Shown: positions 1 through 9,039, numbered from the stretch's first letter. The stretch is DNA of 24,009 nt from Candidatus Izemoplasmatales bacterium (GCA_050177605.1 JBFXGX010000026.1:1-24009); one strand, 5' to 3'. Notes: generated from the letters alone by a model not told the origin. Numbers and translations are program-made.

Positions 1-6
1 TTTTGC

Positions 7-35
7 TTGATTTTTCTTTCAATAAATATTAAAAT
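7..35 (+). promoter_or_regulatory. sigma-A promoter of rpmG
   Basis: TTGATT (7-12), 17-bp spacer, TAAAAT (30-35); SD GGAGG at 52-56. Confidence 0.65.
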
Positions 36-63
36 ATGTAGGTGACTGATTGGAGGATTTTTT

Positions 64-213
64 ATGAGAACACAATTTACTTTGAAGTGTACAGAATGCA
101 AATCAGAAAACTATACACTTACTAAAGATAAAAAAACCCATCCTGATCGGATGGAAGTATCAAAGTACTGCCCAACTTGTAAAACACACACGACACACAA
201 AGAAAAGAAATAA
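64..213 (+). CDS. rpmG: 50S ribosomal protein L33, Zn-binding (C+) form
   Basis: Translated by hand (not in the ORF track): MRTQFTLKCTECKSENYTLTKDKKTHPDRMEVSKYCPTCKTHTTHKEKK*, 49 aa. It has two CxxC motifs, the L33-like KYCP motif and an upstream GGAGG. Confidence 0.97.
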   Translation: MRTQFTLKCTECKSENYTLTKDKKTHPDRMEVSKYCPTCKTHTTHKEKK

Positions 214-240
214 CTTCCAAAAGAAGTTTTTTTCTTTTTT
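212..240 (+). terminator. weak intrinsic terminator after rpmG
   Basis: AACTTC-caaaa-GAAGTT hairpin followed by a long T-rich tract. Confidence 0.5.
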
Positions 241-253
241 ATAGGCGTAGTGA

Positions 254-282
254 TTGAAAACACAGAACCCCCGTGTTATAAT
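254..282 (+). promoter_or_regulatory. sigma-A promoter of the znu operon
   Basis: TTGAAA (254-259), 17-bp spacer, TATAAT (277-282) with an extended -10 TG at 274-275. Confidence 0.85.
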
Positions 283-285
283 GTT

Positions 286-311
286 AATGCAAATGCGAAT
301 TATTTGCATTT
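286..311. promoter_or_regulatory. Fur-family (probably Zur) operator
   Basis: AAATGCGAAT-T-ATTTGCATTT (291-311) is a 10-1-10 inverted repeat with one mismatch. It overlaps AATGCAAAT-N7-ATTTGCATT (286-310), lies just downstream of the -10, and the operon ends in a Fur-family gene. Confidence 0.75.
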
Positions 312-336
312 AATAATATTTTCGGGGGTTTTTATT

Positions 337-1188
337 TTGAAAAAATTGATTGTGTTTTTAGGTTTATTTATCACCATCGGTTTGTTTACTGGATGTACAT
401 CGACGACCCATGATAGTTCAAAACTAACGGTCGCAGTTTCCATCGTTCCAGAAGCAACTTTTGTTAGTGAAGTTGCGGGAGATTTAGTGAATATCGTCAC
501 CATTATTCCTCCAGGATATAGCCCAGAAAATTATGAACCAAGCGCTCGAATGATGGAAGACTTGGAAAACGCTGATGTTTATTTTGCAATTGGTGTGCCA
601 ACTGAAAGTGTCACCATTTTACCTCATCTAACAACGATTCATACCATTCATTTAGAAGATGTTGTCAGCGAAACATATCCAGACCGTATGTTTAGTGAAG
701 ATAGTAGAGATCCTCACATTTGGTTATCAATCAAAAGAGTTGTTCTTATGGTAGAAACCATTGCGGATGAATTAAGTTTATTAGACCCTGCAAATGCATC
801 TACTTACCAAGAAAATAGCGACCACTTTATTACGGAACTAGAAAATGTTGATTCGTTATTACAAACAGCTTTTTCTAGTGTTACCCAAAATAAATTTATT
901 GTATTCCATCCTTCTTATGGATATTTTGCAGATGAATATGGTCTTGATATGTATTCGTTAGAAGAAGAAGGGAAAGAAGCAACGCCACAACATTTACAAG
1001 ATTTAGTTGATATGGCGAAGGAACTAGGAATCACTACAGTATTTTATCAAGCAGAGATTGATTCTTCTCAAGTAGAAGCTTTTGCCGAAGAAATCAATGC
1101 ATCGATGGTTGAGCTGGATCCATTATCAAGTGATTATTTAGCCAATATTTTAGAAATGGCAAATCATATCTTAGAGGCGTTATCATGA
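337..1188 (+). CDS. znuA: Zn/Mn ABC transporter substrate-binding lipoprotein (ZnuA/TroA family)
   Basis: The likely start is TTG 337 after SD GGGGG (324-328). This gives the lipoprotein signal MKKLIVFLGLFITIGLFTG-C. Motifs: P.GxSPxxYEP, DPHIW, FHPSYGYFA, LDPL. The ORF-track start at 250 lies upstream of the promoter. Confidence 0.9.
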   Translation: MKKLIVFLGLFITIGLFTGCTSTTHDSSKLTVAVSIVPEATFVSEVAGDLVNIVTIIPPGYSPENYEPSARMMEDLENADVYFAIGVPTESVTILPHLTTIHTIHLEDVVSETYPDRMFSEDSRDPHIWLSIKRVVLMVETIADELSLLDPANASTYQENSDHFITELENVDSLLQTAFSSVTQNKFIVFHPSYGYFADEYGLDMYSLEEEGKEATPQHLQDLVDMAKELGITTVFYQAEIDSSQVEAFAEEINASMVELDPLSSDYLANILEMANHILEALS

Positions 1189-1910
1189 AAGAGCTAATTA
1201 AATTAGAAAATGTTGCAGTAGATTATGCTGGAATCATTGCCTTAAGAGACCTTAACTTAACCATTTATGAAGATGATTTTTTAGGAATCATTGGTCCTAA
1301 TGGTGGAGGGAAATCGACATTAATGAAGTCGATTTTAGGATTGGTTCCACTCGCAAATGGGGAAATCATTTATGATGGAAAGAAGAAAAGAAGTAATGTG
1401 ACGATGGGCTATGTTCCGCAATTAAGCGAATTTAATCGTCAGTTTCCAATTACTGTTTTTGAAGTAGTATTAATGGGGAAACTAGAAAAGAAAATACGTC
1501 CGTTGTTTAAATATTCTCTTCAAGATGAACGTGATACTTTAGATGTACTCGAAAAGGTAGGAATCCTTCACTTAAGAAATCGTCAGATATCTGAATTATC
1601 TGGTGGAGAAGCACAAAAAATGCTTATCGCAAGAGCTTTATCAGTCAGACCTCGTGTATTACTTCTTGATGAACCAACTGCCATGATTGATGTTGTTGCA
1701 CAAAAACAGATTTTCCATTTATTAAATAAGTTATCGCAAGAGATGACAATTGTATTAATTACCCATCAGGGCCAACAATTATTAAACCAACTTACAAGGC
1801 TGGTTTATCTCAATAAAAATGTGATTGCTGAAGGTGAGCCAAATGAAGTCTATCAGTATTTCTTTGGAACGAAAAAAACAAGACGAAAAGAAGAAGGTGT
1901 CGCGTTATGA
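1185..1910 (+). CDS. znuC: metal ABC transporter ATP-binding protein
   Basis: Walker A GPNGGGKST, GYVPQ, signature LSGGE, Walker B LLLDEPT; ATGA overlap with the upstream gene. Confidence 0.92.
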   Translation: MKELIKLENVAVDYAGIIALRDLNLTIYEDDFLGIIGPNGGGKSTLMKSILGLVPLANGEIIYDGKKKRSNVTMGYVPQLSEFNRQFPITVFEVVLMGKLEKKIRPLFKYSLQDERDTLDVLEKVGILHLRNRQISELSGGEAQKMLIARALSVRPRVLLLDEPTAMIDVVAQKQIFHLLNKLSQEMTIVLITHQGQQLLNQLTRLVYLNKNVIAEGEPNEVYQYFFGTKKTRRKEEGVAL

Positions 1911-2749
1911 TTGAAGCAATTTTAAATTATCGCTTTTTACAATATGCAATCATTGCGGCGATTTTATCTTCCATCGTTTGTGGACTGATTGGTGTCATTA
2001 TCGTCGAAAAGAAACTAGTCATGATGTCAGGAGGAATCGCTCATACGTCTTATGGCGGCGTAGGACTCGGATATCTCCTTGGTTTTGAACCGATTTTTGG
2101 CGCGTTTATCTTTTCTATTCTCGCGGCGCTTGGAATCGGCGTACTAAAAAATAAAAGTACAGGGTTTAGCGATATCGTCATCGGCTTGTTTTGGTCACTA
2201 GGTATGAGTTTAGGAATTGTTTTTATCGGTCTGATGCCGGGGTATCCTCCAACCGTGACAACTTATCTGTTTGGAAATATTCTTTATGTTACAAGTTTAG
2301 ATTTAATTCTTTTACTCATCTTATCCGTCATTATCGTATTAGCTGTTGTCATCTTTTATCAAGATTGGAAAGCACATTTATTTGATCAAGAATTCACGAA
2401 GATTATCGGCAAAAAAACCGTATTTCTTGAGAATTTCTTATTAATTCTGATTGCACTATCGATTGTCGTGCTAATTCGTGTGGTCGGTATTGTCTTAGTC
2501 ATTGCGATGCTTACTGCTCCAGCTGCTTCAAGTGCGCTTGTCACGAAGAAATTATCCCTTCGAATGCTCTATTCAATTCTCTTTGGTTTGTTTTATACAT
2601 TATCAGGTCTTTCAATATCTTATCTCCTTGATTTTGCATCGGGAGCAATCATTGTCTTATTTTCTGTGATTGGATATGCAATCACCTATTTGATTGTCTA
2701 TATTAATCGCAAAATGAATACAAAAGCATCCTTAAGAGGTGCCCTATGA
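1907..2749 (+). CDS. znuB: metal ABC transporter permease (ABC-3 family)
   Basis: Multiple TM segments with motifs GIAHTSYGG, YLFGNI and VVGIVLVIAML. Confidence 0.92.
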   Translation: MIEAILNYRFLQYAIIAAILSSIVCGLIGVIIVEKKLVMMSGGIAHTSYGGVGLGYLLGFEPIFGAFIFSILAALGIGVLKNKSTGFSDIVIGLFWSLGMSLGIVFIGLMPGYPPTVTTYLFGNILYVTSLDLILLLILSVIIVLAVVIFYQDWKAHLFDQEFTKIIGKKTVFLENFLLILIALSIVVLIRVVGIVLVIAMLTAPAASSALVTKKLSLRMLYSILFGLFYTLSGLSISYLLDFASGAIIVLFSVIGYAITYLIVYINRKMNTKASLRGAL

Positions 2750-3171
2750 CATTTATCGAAACATTGAAAGACGCAGGTCTTAAAAATACCAAACATCGTA
2801 TTGCAATCTTAGAGATGCTGACAGAGGCGAAAGCACCAGTGAGTGCAGACACGATGTACTCTAAGCTCAAAAAGACAGACATCTTAATTTCTTTATCTAC
2901 AGTGTATCGTACACTCGATACACTGATGGAAAAAGACTTAGTATCCAAAGTTCAACTCGAAAATGAATCCAAAGCATTATATGAACTCAATAAGGAAACG
3001 CATCACCACCATTTTGTCTGTATTGCATGTAATAAAATATTCACTTTAGAACACTGCCCTGTCGAAAAGATGGAGCTACAAAATACCTATTTAGATGGAT
3101 TTGAAATCGTCGGTCATAAGTTAGAATTTTACGGTTATTGTAAATCTTGTCAGAAAAAGAAAGCACACTAA
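2746..3171 (+). CDS. zur: Fur-family regulator, probably Zur
   Basis: STVYRTL HTH, HHHHFVCxxC and a C-terminal GYCxxC; last gene of the metal-uptake operon. Confidence 0.85.
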   Translation: MTFIETLKDAGLKNTKHRIAILEMLTEAKAPVSADTMYSKLKKTDILISLSTVYRTLDTLMEKDLVSKVQLENESKALYELNKETHHHHFVCIACNKIFTLEHCPVEKMELQNTYLDGFEIVGHKLEFYGYCKSCQKKKAH

Positions 3172-3182
3172 ATTTTTGCGTT

Positions 3183-3226
3183 AAGATGAGTTTTGAAAAC
3201 TTTCAAAAAAACTCATCTTTTTCTTT
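3183..3226 (+). terminator. intrinsic terminator
   Basis: AAGATGAGTTTTGAAA / TTTCAAAA(AA)CTCATCTT hairpin followed by a T tract. Confidence 0.8.
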
Positions 3227-3252
3227 GGAAAAAGAAGACATTTTGATATAAT
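3225..3252 (+). promoter_or_regulatory. promoter of the glucokinase operon
   Basis: Extended -10 TGaTATAAT (3244-3252) with a weak -35 TTGGAA. Confidence 0.6.
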
Positions 3253-3277
3253 GTTTTTGTGAGTTGAGGTAAACCAT

Positions 3278-4207
3278 ATGAAAAAATATTTAGTAGGTAT
3301 TGATATTGGTGGAACATCCATCAAAATAGGATTATTTGATTTATCAGGTTCATTACTAGAAAAATGGGATATTCCTACAAATAAAACAAACAAAGGTGAA
3401 TTGATTCTTTCTGAAATTGCAGAATCGATTCAATCAAAAATACGTATCGAGGAAGTTCACGGGATTGGATTTGGTGTACCAGGACCCGTGACCAAAGATA
3501 TTGTTTTCAGCACCGTTAATTTAGGCTGGACGCTGAAAAATGTCAAAGAAGAATTTTATCAAATCGTCAATAATCGTGATTTTCACATTCGTGTATCAAA
3601 CGATGCAAATACGGCTACTGCAGGAGAACTTTATCAAGGCGTTGCGAAAGGATATAACAATGTCGCTATGTTTACTCTTGGCACTGGGATTGGTGGAGGG
3701 ATTGTCCTCAACGGTAAAATCATTGATGGTATCAATGGGGTTGCTGGAGAAGTTGGGCATATCGTTGTCGATCAAGAACATCAGTTTCAATGTAATTGTG
3801 GAAAAAAAGGCTGTTTAGAAACCGTTGCTTCCGCTACAGGAATTGTCAGATTAGCTGAGGAATATCTACGTGAATCAAACGAATCTTCACTTTTAAGACA
3901 CGCTCATCATTTAAGCGCCAAAAAGGTGATTGATGCCGCAAAAGAAGGAGACAGTATTGCTCTTAAAACGCTTAGTGAAGCAGCACATTATTTAGCTTAT
4001 TCGATGGCTATGATAACGAATATTATTAATCCTGATATTATCGTTATTGGTGGTGGAGTTAGTAATGCAGGACAAATCCTTATCGATCTCATTGAAGAGT
4101 TTTATTATCAATATACAAAACCATTTATTAACCATACAAACTTTGCTATTGCTTCCCTTGGCAATGATGCGGGGATTTATGGTGCTGCTTATATGGTAAG
4201 ACTATGA
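3278..4207 (+). CDS. glcK: ROK-family glucokinase
   Basis: GIDIGGT, GFGVPGP, NDAN, TLGTGIGGG, GEVGH, CNCGKKGCLET and LGNDAGIYGAA; SD GAGGT. Confidence 0.9.
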   Translation: MKKYLVGIDIGGTSIKIGLFDLSGSLLEKWDIPTNKTNKGELILSEIAESIQSKIRIEEVHGIGFGVPGPVTKDIVFSTVNLGWTLKNVKEEFYQIVNNRDFHIRVSNDANTATAGELYQGVAKGYNNVAMFTLGTGIGGGIVLNGKIIDGINGVAGEVGHIVVDQEHQFQCNCGKKGCLETVASATGIVRLAEEYLRESNESSLLRHAHHLSAKKVIDAAKEGDSIALKTLSEAAHYLAYSMAMITNIINPDIIVIGGGVSNAGQILIDLIEEFYYQYTKPFINHTNFAIASLGNDAGIYGAAYMVRL

Positions 4208-4815
4208 AGATAACAAAGTTTCATGCGAATGTCTATACTCAAAATAGTTACTTGGTAGAAGAGCAAGATCATTGTTTTGTAATCGACCCAGGAATGAACG
4301 GAGAAGAGATTTTAACTTACATTGAAGAGAACCATTTGACGATGGAAGCTGTCCTGTTAACCCATGCACATTTTGACCATACGAAAGGCTTGCGGAATCT
4401 AGCAAAAAAAGGTGCTTTTACACTCTACCTTCATCAAGAAGAACAAAAATATCTAAACGACCCTTTGTTTCACTACGCGAAGATGTTTAATGATTCCTTT
4501 ATGGCTCCGCAAAAAGCAATCATCTCTACATTTAAAGATCTTGATCAACTCTTGATTACTGGCATCAATGTGACAGTTCATCACACTCCAGGTCATACCA
4601 TTGGATCCTCTTGTTTTGAAATAGGAGTCTACTTATTTACTGGAGATACACTTTTTGTAAATGGGTATGGAAGAACTGATTTATTAACAGGGTCAATCAA
4701 AGATATGCGAAAAAGTCTTGATTATCTATATCATCACTTTTCTTCGCAAACAATGATTCACCCAGGGCATGATGAATCAAAGAAATTAAAAGACGTTCAA
4801 AAGTTGAATCCTTAA
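4204..4815 (+). CDS. MBL-fold metallo-hydrolase (glyoxalase II-like)
   Basis: THAHFDH (HxHxDH), TPGHT, FTGDTLF and PGH; ATGA overlap with glcK. Confidence 0.9.
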   Translation: MKITKFHANVYTQNSYLVEEQDHCFVIDPGMNGEEILTYIEENHLTMEAVLLTHAHFDHTKGLRNLAKKGAFTLYLHQEEQKYLNDPLFHYAKMFNDSFMAPQKAIISTFKDLDQLLITGINVTVHHTPGHTIGSSCFEIGVYLFTGDTLFVNGYGRTDLLTGSIKDMRKSLDYLYHHFSSQTMIHPGHDESKKLKDVQKLNP

Positions 4816-4902
4816 GAACAAGTAATCAAATAACGCTTAATGAATATAAAATGTACAAAATACTTATGATTTCTTACTTTCATATAAGATTAATAGACAA
4901 AA

Positions 4903-4933
4903 TTGACCTTTTATTCGTGAATTATGATATAAT
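4903..4933 (+). promoter_or_regulatory. probable promoter
   Basis: Extended -10 TGaTATAAT (4925-4933); TTGACC at 4903-4908, but the 19-bp spacer is long. Confidence 0.5.
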
Positions 4934-4968
4934 TTAACTGAAATTTAAAGAATGGATGAAAAAAGCTG

Positions 4969-6984
4969 ATGTTGAGTATTTTTACTGAAAGCATGGATAT
5001 GATTATTCGTATGATGAGTAATGCAGCACTATTATTAGCGCTGACTTTTATCTATGGTGCAACGAACTTTAACCCGAAAACGAATAATATTTTTCGTAAA
5101 ATCGTGTTATCTTTATTCATCGGTGCGATTGCCATTTCATTAATGACCATGCCTTGGTATACTGAAGAAGGAATTTTTTATGACACAAGAAGTATTCTTT
5201 ATGGTGTAACTGGATTTTTCTTTGGTTGGGAAACAACTCTTCTAGCAGCACTAATCGGGATTATCTTCCGATTATCCCTTGGTGGACTTGGAATGTATGC
5301 GGGATCCGCCACAATCCTTGTGTCTGCTGGAATTGGTTTAGCGTGGAAGCACATCCGAAAACCACTTAAATTTAGACATCCTCATATCGAATATTTAATT
5401 TTCGGATTTATCGTTCAAGTTGCTACGTTATTAGCCCAATTTTTGATGCCTCTGGATGTGGCCATAAATAATATTTCTAATGTATGGTTCCCATTCCTGA
5501 TATTGTTCCCACTCGCATCTGTCATCGTCATGTTAGGCTTTGATAACCAAATCAAACGTTTGAATGCTTCTGAAGAATTCAAACGCCAACAATTATTACT
5601 TCAAGCGAGTATTGATGCGCCAAAATCAATGGAAATTTTCGCGCTTGATAATCATTACAATTATCTTGCATTCAATAAATATCACGAAACGTCGATGCTC
5701 AGGTACTACAATATTCACATTGAGACAAATACTAATTATTTAGAATATATCAAAGATCCAGATATGCTTTATCGAATTCGTAATTTTATTGATAAAGCTC
5801 TCGCTGGGGAGTCATTCCATCGTACGGTTGAAGTAGAAGATACGAAGGGTAAGTTTTTAGAAGAACTATACTCTCCGATTCGTAATAGTGAAAATGAAGT
5901 TATTGGCGTGACAATCTTTAGCCAAGAAATTACTGAACGAAAGAATTATGAGGAGTCGATTTTGTACCTTAGTTATCATGATCTTCTGACCGGACTCAAT
6001 AACCGTCGGTTTTATTCTGAAGAACTCGCCCGTATTGATAAATTAGAGAATTATCCATTATCAATCATTATGGGAGATATTAACGGCCTAAAAATTATGA
6101 ACGACGCATTTGGTCATGATGCTGGAGATAAACTACTGAGAACTGTTTCTTCCGAACTTAAATCAGTATTTGCACAGTATGGCGATATTTGCCGTGTTGG
6201 TGGCGATGAATTTATTATTTTACTAAAACATACTTCGAAACAAGAAGCACAGCGATTAATTGACCTTGCGAAAGTTGAAATCGAAGAAAATTATATTCAT
6301 GGTATGAAAGTGAGCGTGTCCTTTGGACTCGCTACTCAAATCGGAGATATCGATACCAACGACATCATTCGCTTCGCAGAAGATGATATGTACAAACATA
6401 AATTATTTGAAGTTTCTTCCGCAAGAAACGAAGCAATCCAAACGATTATGAACACCCTACATTTCAAAAATCCTCGTGAAGAATATCACTCAAGAAGAGT
6501 CAGTGAATATTGTGTTAAAATTGGAAAATTACTTGATATGCGTGATGATGAAGTTGCTTTACTTAAAGTCATTGGGCATCTCCATGATATCGGTAAGATT
6601 GGTATTGATGAAGCTATTTTAAATAAACCAGGAAAACTGAATGATGAAGAATTTGCTTCGATTAAAAGACATACCGAAATTGGGTATCGGATTCTTTTAT
6701 CTTCGAGAGAGTATAGAGAATTTGCGGAAGATATTTTAAGTCATCATGAACATTATGATGGTTCAGGATATCCACAAGGTCTAAAGGGTCAAGATATTCC
6801 TTATCGTGCAAGAATAATTACGATTGCGGATGCATTCGATGCGATGACTTCGGATCGTCCTTATCGTAAGGCGTTAACGATTCAAGAAGCGCTGAATGAA
6901 ATTGAAAAACACGCTGGGACACAATTTGATCCTGTGATTGCGGTCAAGTTTGTCGAATCGATGAGAAAAACGAAAGCAGAATAG
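4969..6984 (+). CDS. membrane sensor (5TM-5TMR_LYT-like)-PAS-GGDEF-HD-GYP diguanylate cyclase/phosphodiesterase
   Basis: The N-terminal multi-TM region carries the FYDTRS and FRLSLGG.G motifs of LytS-like domains. Then PAS (DITERK-type end), HDLLTGL, RVGGDEF, LHDIGK, HHEHYDGSGYP and ADAFDAMTSDRPYR. Confidence 0.9.
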   Translation: MLSIFTESMDMIIRMMSNAALLLALTFIYGATNFNPKTNNIFRKIVLSLFIGAIAISLMTMPWYTEEGIFYDTRSILYGVTGFFFGWETTLLAALIGIIFRLSLGGLGMYAGSATILVSAGIGLAWKHIRKPLKFRHPHIEYLIFGFIVQVATLLAQFLMPLDVAINNISNVWFPFLILFPLASVIVMLGFDNQIKRLNASEEFKRQQLLLQASIDAPKSMEIFALDNHYNYLAFNKYHETSMLRYYNIHIETNTNYLEYIKDPDMLYRIRNFIDKALAGESFHRTVEVEDTKGKFLEELYSPIRNSENEVIGVTIFSQEITERKNYEESILYLSYHDLLTGLNNRRFYSEELARIDKLENYPLSIIMGDINGLKIMNDAFGHDAGDKLLRTVSSELKSVFAQYGDICRVGGDEFIILLKHTSKQEAQRLIDLAKVEIEENYIHGMKVSVSFGLATQIGDIDTNDIIRFAEDDMYKHKLFEVSSARNEAIQTIMNTLHFKNPREEYHSRRVSEYCVKIGKLLDMRDDEVALLKVIGHLHDIGKIGIDEAILNKPGKLNDEEFASIKRHTEIGYRILLSSREYREFAEDILSHHEHYDGSGYPQGLKGQDIPYRARIITIADAFDAMTSDRPYRKALTIQEALNEIEKHAGTQFDPVIAVKFVESMRKTKAE

Positions 6985-7003
6985 TATTTTGCTTTCTTTT
7001 TTT
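6972..7003 (+). terminator. intrinsic terminator
   Basis: GAAAGCAGAAT / ATTTTGCTTTC hairpin spanning the stop codon, followed by a T tract. Confidence 0.7.
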
Positions 7004-7013
7004 ATGCACGTCC

Positions 7014-7042
7014 TTGTGAAAGTGCTTACAAAATGATATGAT
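7014..7042 (+). promoter_or_regulatory. promoter of the signalling operon with an overlapping cre/LacI-like site
   Basis: TTGTGA (7014-7019), 17-bp spacer, TGaTATGAT (-10 at 7037-7042); TGAAAGTGCTTACA at 7017-7030. Confidence 0.55.
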
Positions 7043-7077
7043 GGACTTAACCATAGCCTTTATGTGGGGGGCAAAAT

Positions 7078-9030
7078 ATGAAAAAATGGTTAGGCGTTAT
7101 TTTATTAATCTTGGTAGTAATTATCGGCAGAAGTTCCGCCGTAAAAGCGGAAACTTTTTCAGCCGATTTTTTATTAACGATTGATAATAACGGTGTCATT
7201 ATGTTCATCGTCAATCCGGATACTGGGATGATTGTCTATTCCAATCAGGCGGCAGAATCTTTTTATGGTTATTCTAGTGAAGAATTCTTGTTGATGAATA
7301 TCAATGAAATTAACACTTTAACAGATGAAGAAATCATCGAAGAAATGAATAAAGCTTTAGAAGAAGAAAGAAACTATTTCTTGTTTGAACATCAGAATAA
7401 AATTGGCGAAATAAAAAATGTAGAAGTGTATTCCTATCCAATTAATTATGAGGGTAAAACATATTTATATTCGATTATCATTGATATTACTGAACGCGTT
7501 GAACTCGAAAGACAAAATCGAATACTCCTGATTTTATTCAGTGTTGTCGGTTCACTCATGATTACTGGTTTGGTGCTCTTCATTATTACGCTCAGAAAGA
7601 ATCATCAGTATTTACTTGCGGAACATAATAGTTTGCTCGTCAGTCACGAAATGAGTGAAACTTTCTTTGATGCGATTTCGAAAATGATTTTTATTAAAGA
7701 CGAATTCGGGAAATTCGTCTTTGTGAATCCAGCATATCAGGACTATCTCGGTCTAGAAAAAAATGAGATAATTGGAAAAACAGATCAGGAACTTGGTCTT
7801 CTTTCACAAATGAAGACATCGATTCCTTTCGAAGTATTAAGTAAAAACAAGGCGGACAATAAAGAGATTATATTAATTAAACAAAAGAACCACTATTATG
7901 AACAAACAACTTTCTATGTTAAAATTCATCTCAGTCATTTTGGACTTGCTGGATTTATTCAAGACGTAACTGAATCGAAACGATATGAAAAAGAAATTAT
8001 CGATGCATCTTATCATGATTTATTAACAGGACTATTCAATCGAAATTATCTCGAAAAATCAATCGAACAAAAAATGCAAACCGATCAATATCCTATGGGT
8101 GTATATTTGCTTGATGTCAATGGACTCAAGTTCACCAACGATGTCTTTGGGCATGCGGAAGGAGATATTTTATTAAAAGAAATCGCAAAAGTATTAACAA
8201 AAGTGTTTGGTTCTTCCTCTACTCTTTGTAGGTATGGAGGAGATGAGTTTATCGTTATCTCTACAAATGCATCAGAAGAAATTATGAAAGTACAAGAAGG
8301 AAAAATAAAACAATTATTTGGAGCGTATCAACGGTTTGGTATCCCTGGTAGTGTATCGGTTGGAACTGCGATCATTCATGATGACCACACGCATATTCAG
8401 GATGCTATCAGCGACGCTGAAACTGCCATGTATACAAGAAAAACACTTGATCGAAAGATGTTTAAAGAAGAATCGTTAAAAAAACTAATTGGGAAACTTC
8501 ATAAGGAAGTTCCGTTTGAAAAAGCTCATTCTCAGGTTACATCAAAACTACTTTATGACTTTGCACTTTATTTAGGTTTACCTGAAAATGATGCAAATAC
8601 GCTGAAAACAGTAGGCTATTATCATGATATTGGTAAAGTCGTCTTTTTAGATCAATTTGAACTGGATAAAAAGAAGATGTCTTCTGAAGAAAAGAAGTTA
8701 TTACAAACCCATACGATTTTCGGATATCGTATTCTGAACTATAGTGACGAATTGATGCATATTGCTAGCATAGCGCTAGAACATCATGAGCGATATGATG
8801 GTCTAGGTTACCCTAAGAAACTAAAAAAAGACCAAATCAGTAAATTTGCACGAATACTATCGGTTGTCGAATGTTATGATGTAATGACATCCAAATTTAG
8901 TTACAAGACAACACTCACGTTTGAACAAGCGCTTGAAGAAATCAATAAAGAAAAAGGACATCAATTTGACCCTTATTATGTTACCCGCTTTTCTGAATTT
9001 ATCAGTAAAATATATCAAAATAAGAAGTAG
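7078..9030 (+). CDS. signal/TM-PAS-TM-PAS-GGDEF-HD-GYP protein
   Basis: Hydrophobic N-terminus, PAS (NQAAESFYGYS...DITER), TM helix, second PAS, RYGGDEF, YHDIGK and HHERYDGLGYP. Confidence 0.88.
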   Translation: MKKWLGVILLILVVIIGRSSAVKAETFSADFLLTIDNNGVIMFIVNPDTGMIVYSNQAAESFYGYSSEEFLLMNINEINTLTDEEIIEEMNKALEEERNYFLFEHQNKIGEIKNVEVYSYPINYEGKTYLYSIIIDITERVELERQNRILLILFSVVGSLMITGLVLFIITLRKNHQYLLAEHNSLLVSHEMSETFFDAISKMIFIKDEFGKFVFVNPAYQDYLGLEKNEIIGKTDQELGLLSQMKTSIPFEVLSKNKADNKEIILIKQKNHYYEQTTFYVKIHLSHFGLAGFIQDVTESKRYEKEIIDASYHDLLTGLFNRNYLEKSIEQKMQTDQYPMGVYLLDVNGLKFTNDVFGHAEGDILLKEIAKVLTKVFGSSSTLCRYGGDEFIVISTNASEEIMKVQEGKIKQLFGAYQRFGIPGSVSVGTAIIHDDHTHIQDAISDAETAMYTRKTLDRKMFKEESLKKLIGKLHKEVPFEKAHSQVTSKLLYDFALYLGLPENDANTLKTVGYYHDIGKVVFLDQFELDKKKMSSEEKKLLQTHTIFGYRILNYSDELMHIASIALEHHERYDGLGYPKKLKKDQISKFARILSVVECYDVMTSKFSYKTTLTFEQALEEINKEKGHQFDPYYVTRFSEFISKIYQNKK

Positions 9031-9039
9031 GTGAATGGG

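Noticed and set aside
250..336. N-terminal extension of the metal-binding protein in the ORF track
   Set aside because: It spans the promoter and operator. TTG 337 has an SD and gives a proper lipoprotein signal.
4860..4890. Imperfect inverted repeat CTTATGA...TCATATAAG
   Set aside because: It is weak and AT-rich with no T tract, so it cannot be told from chance.
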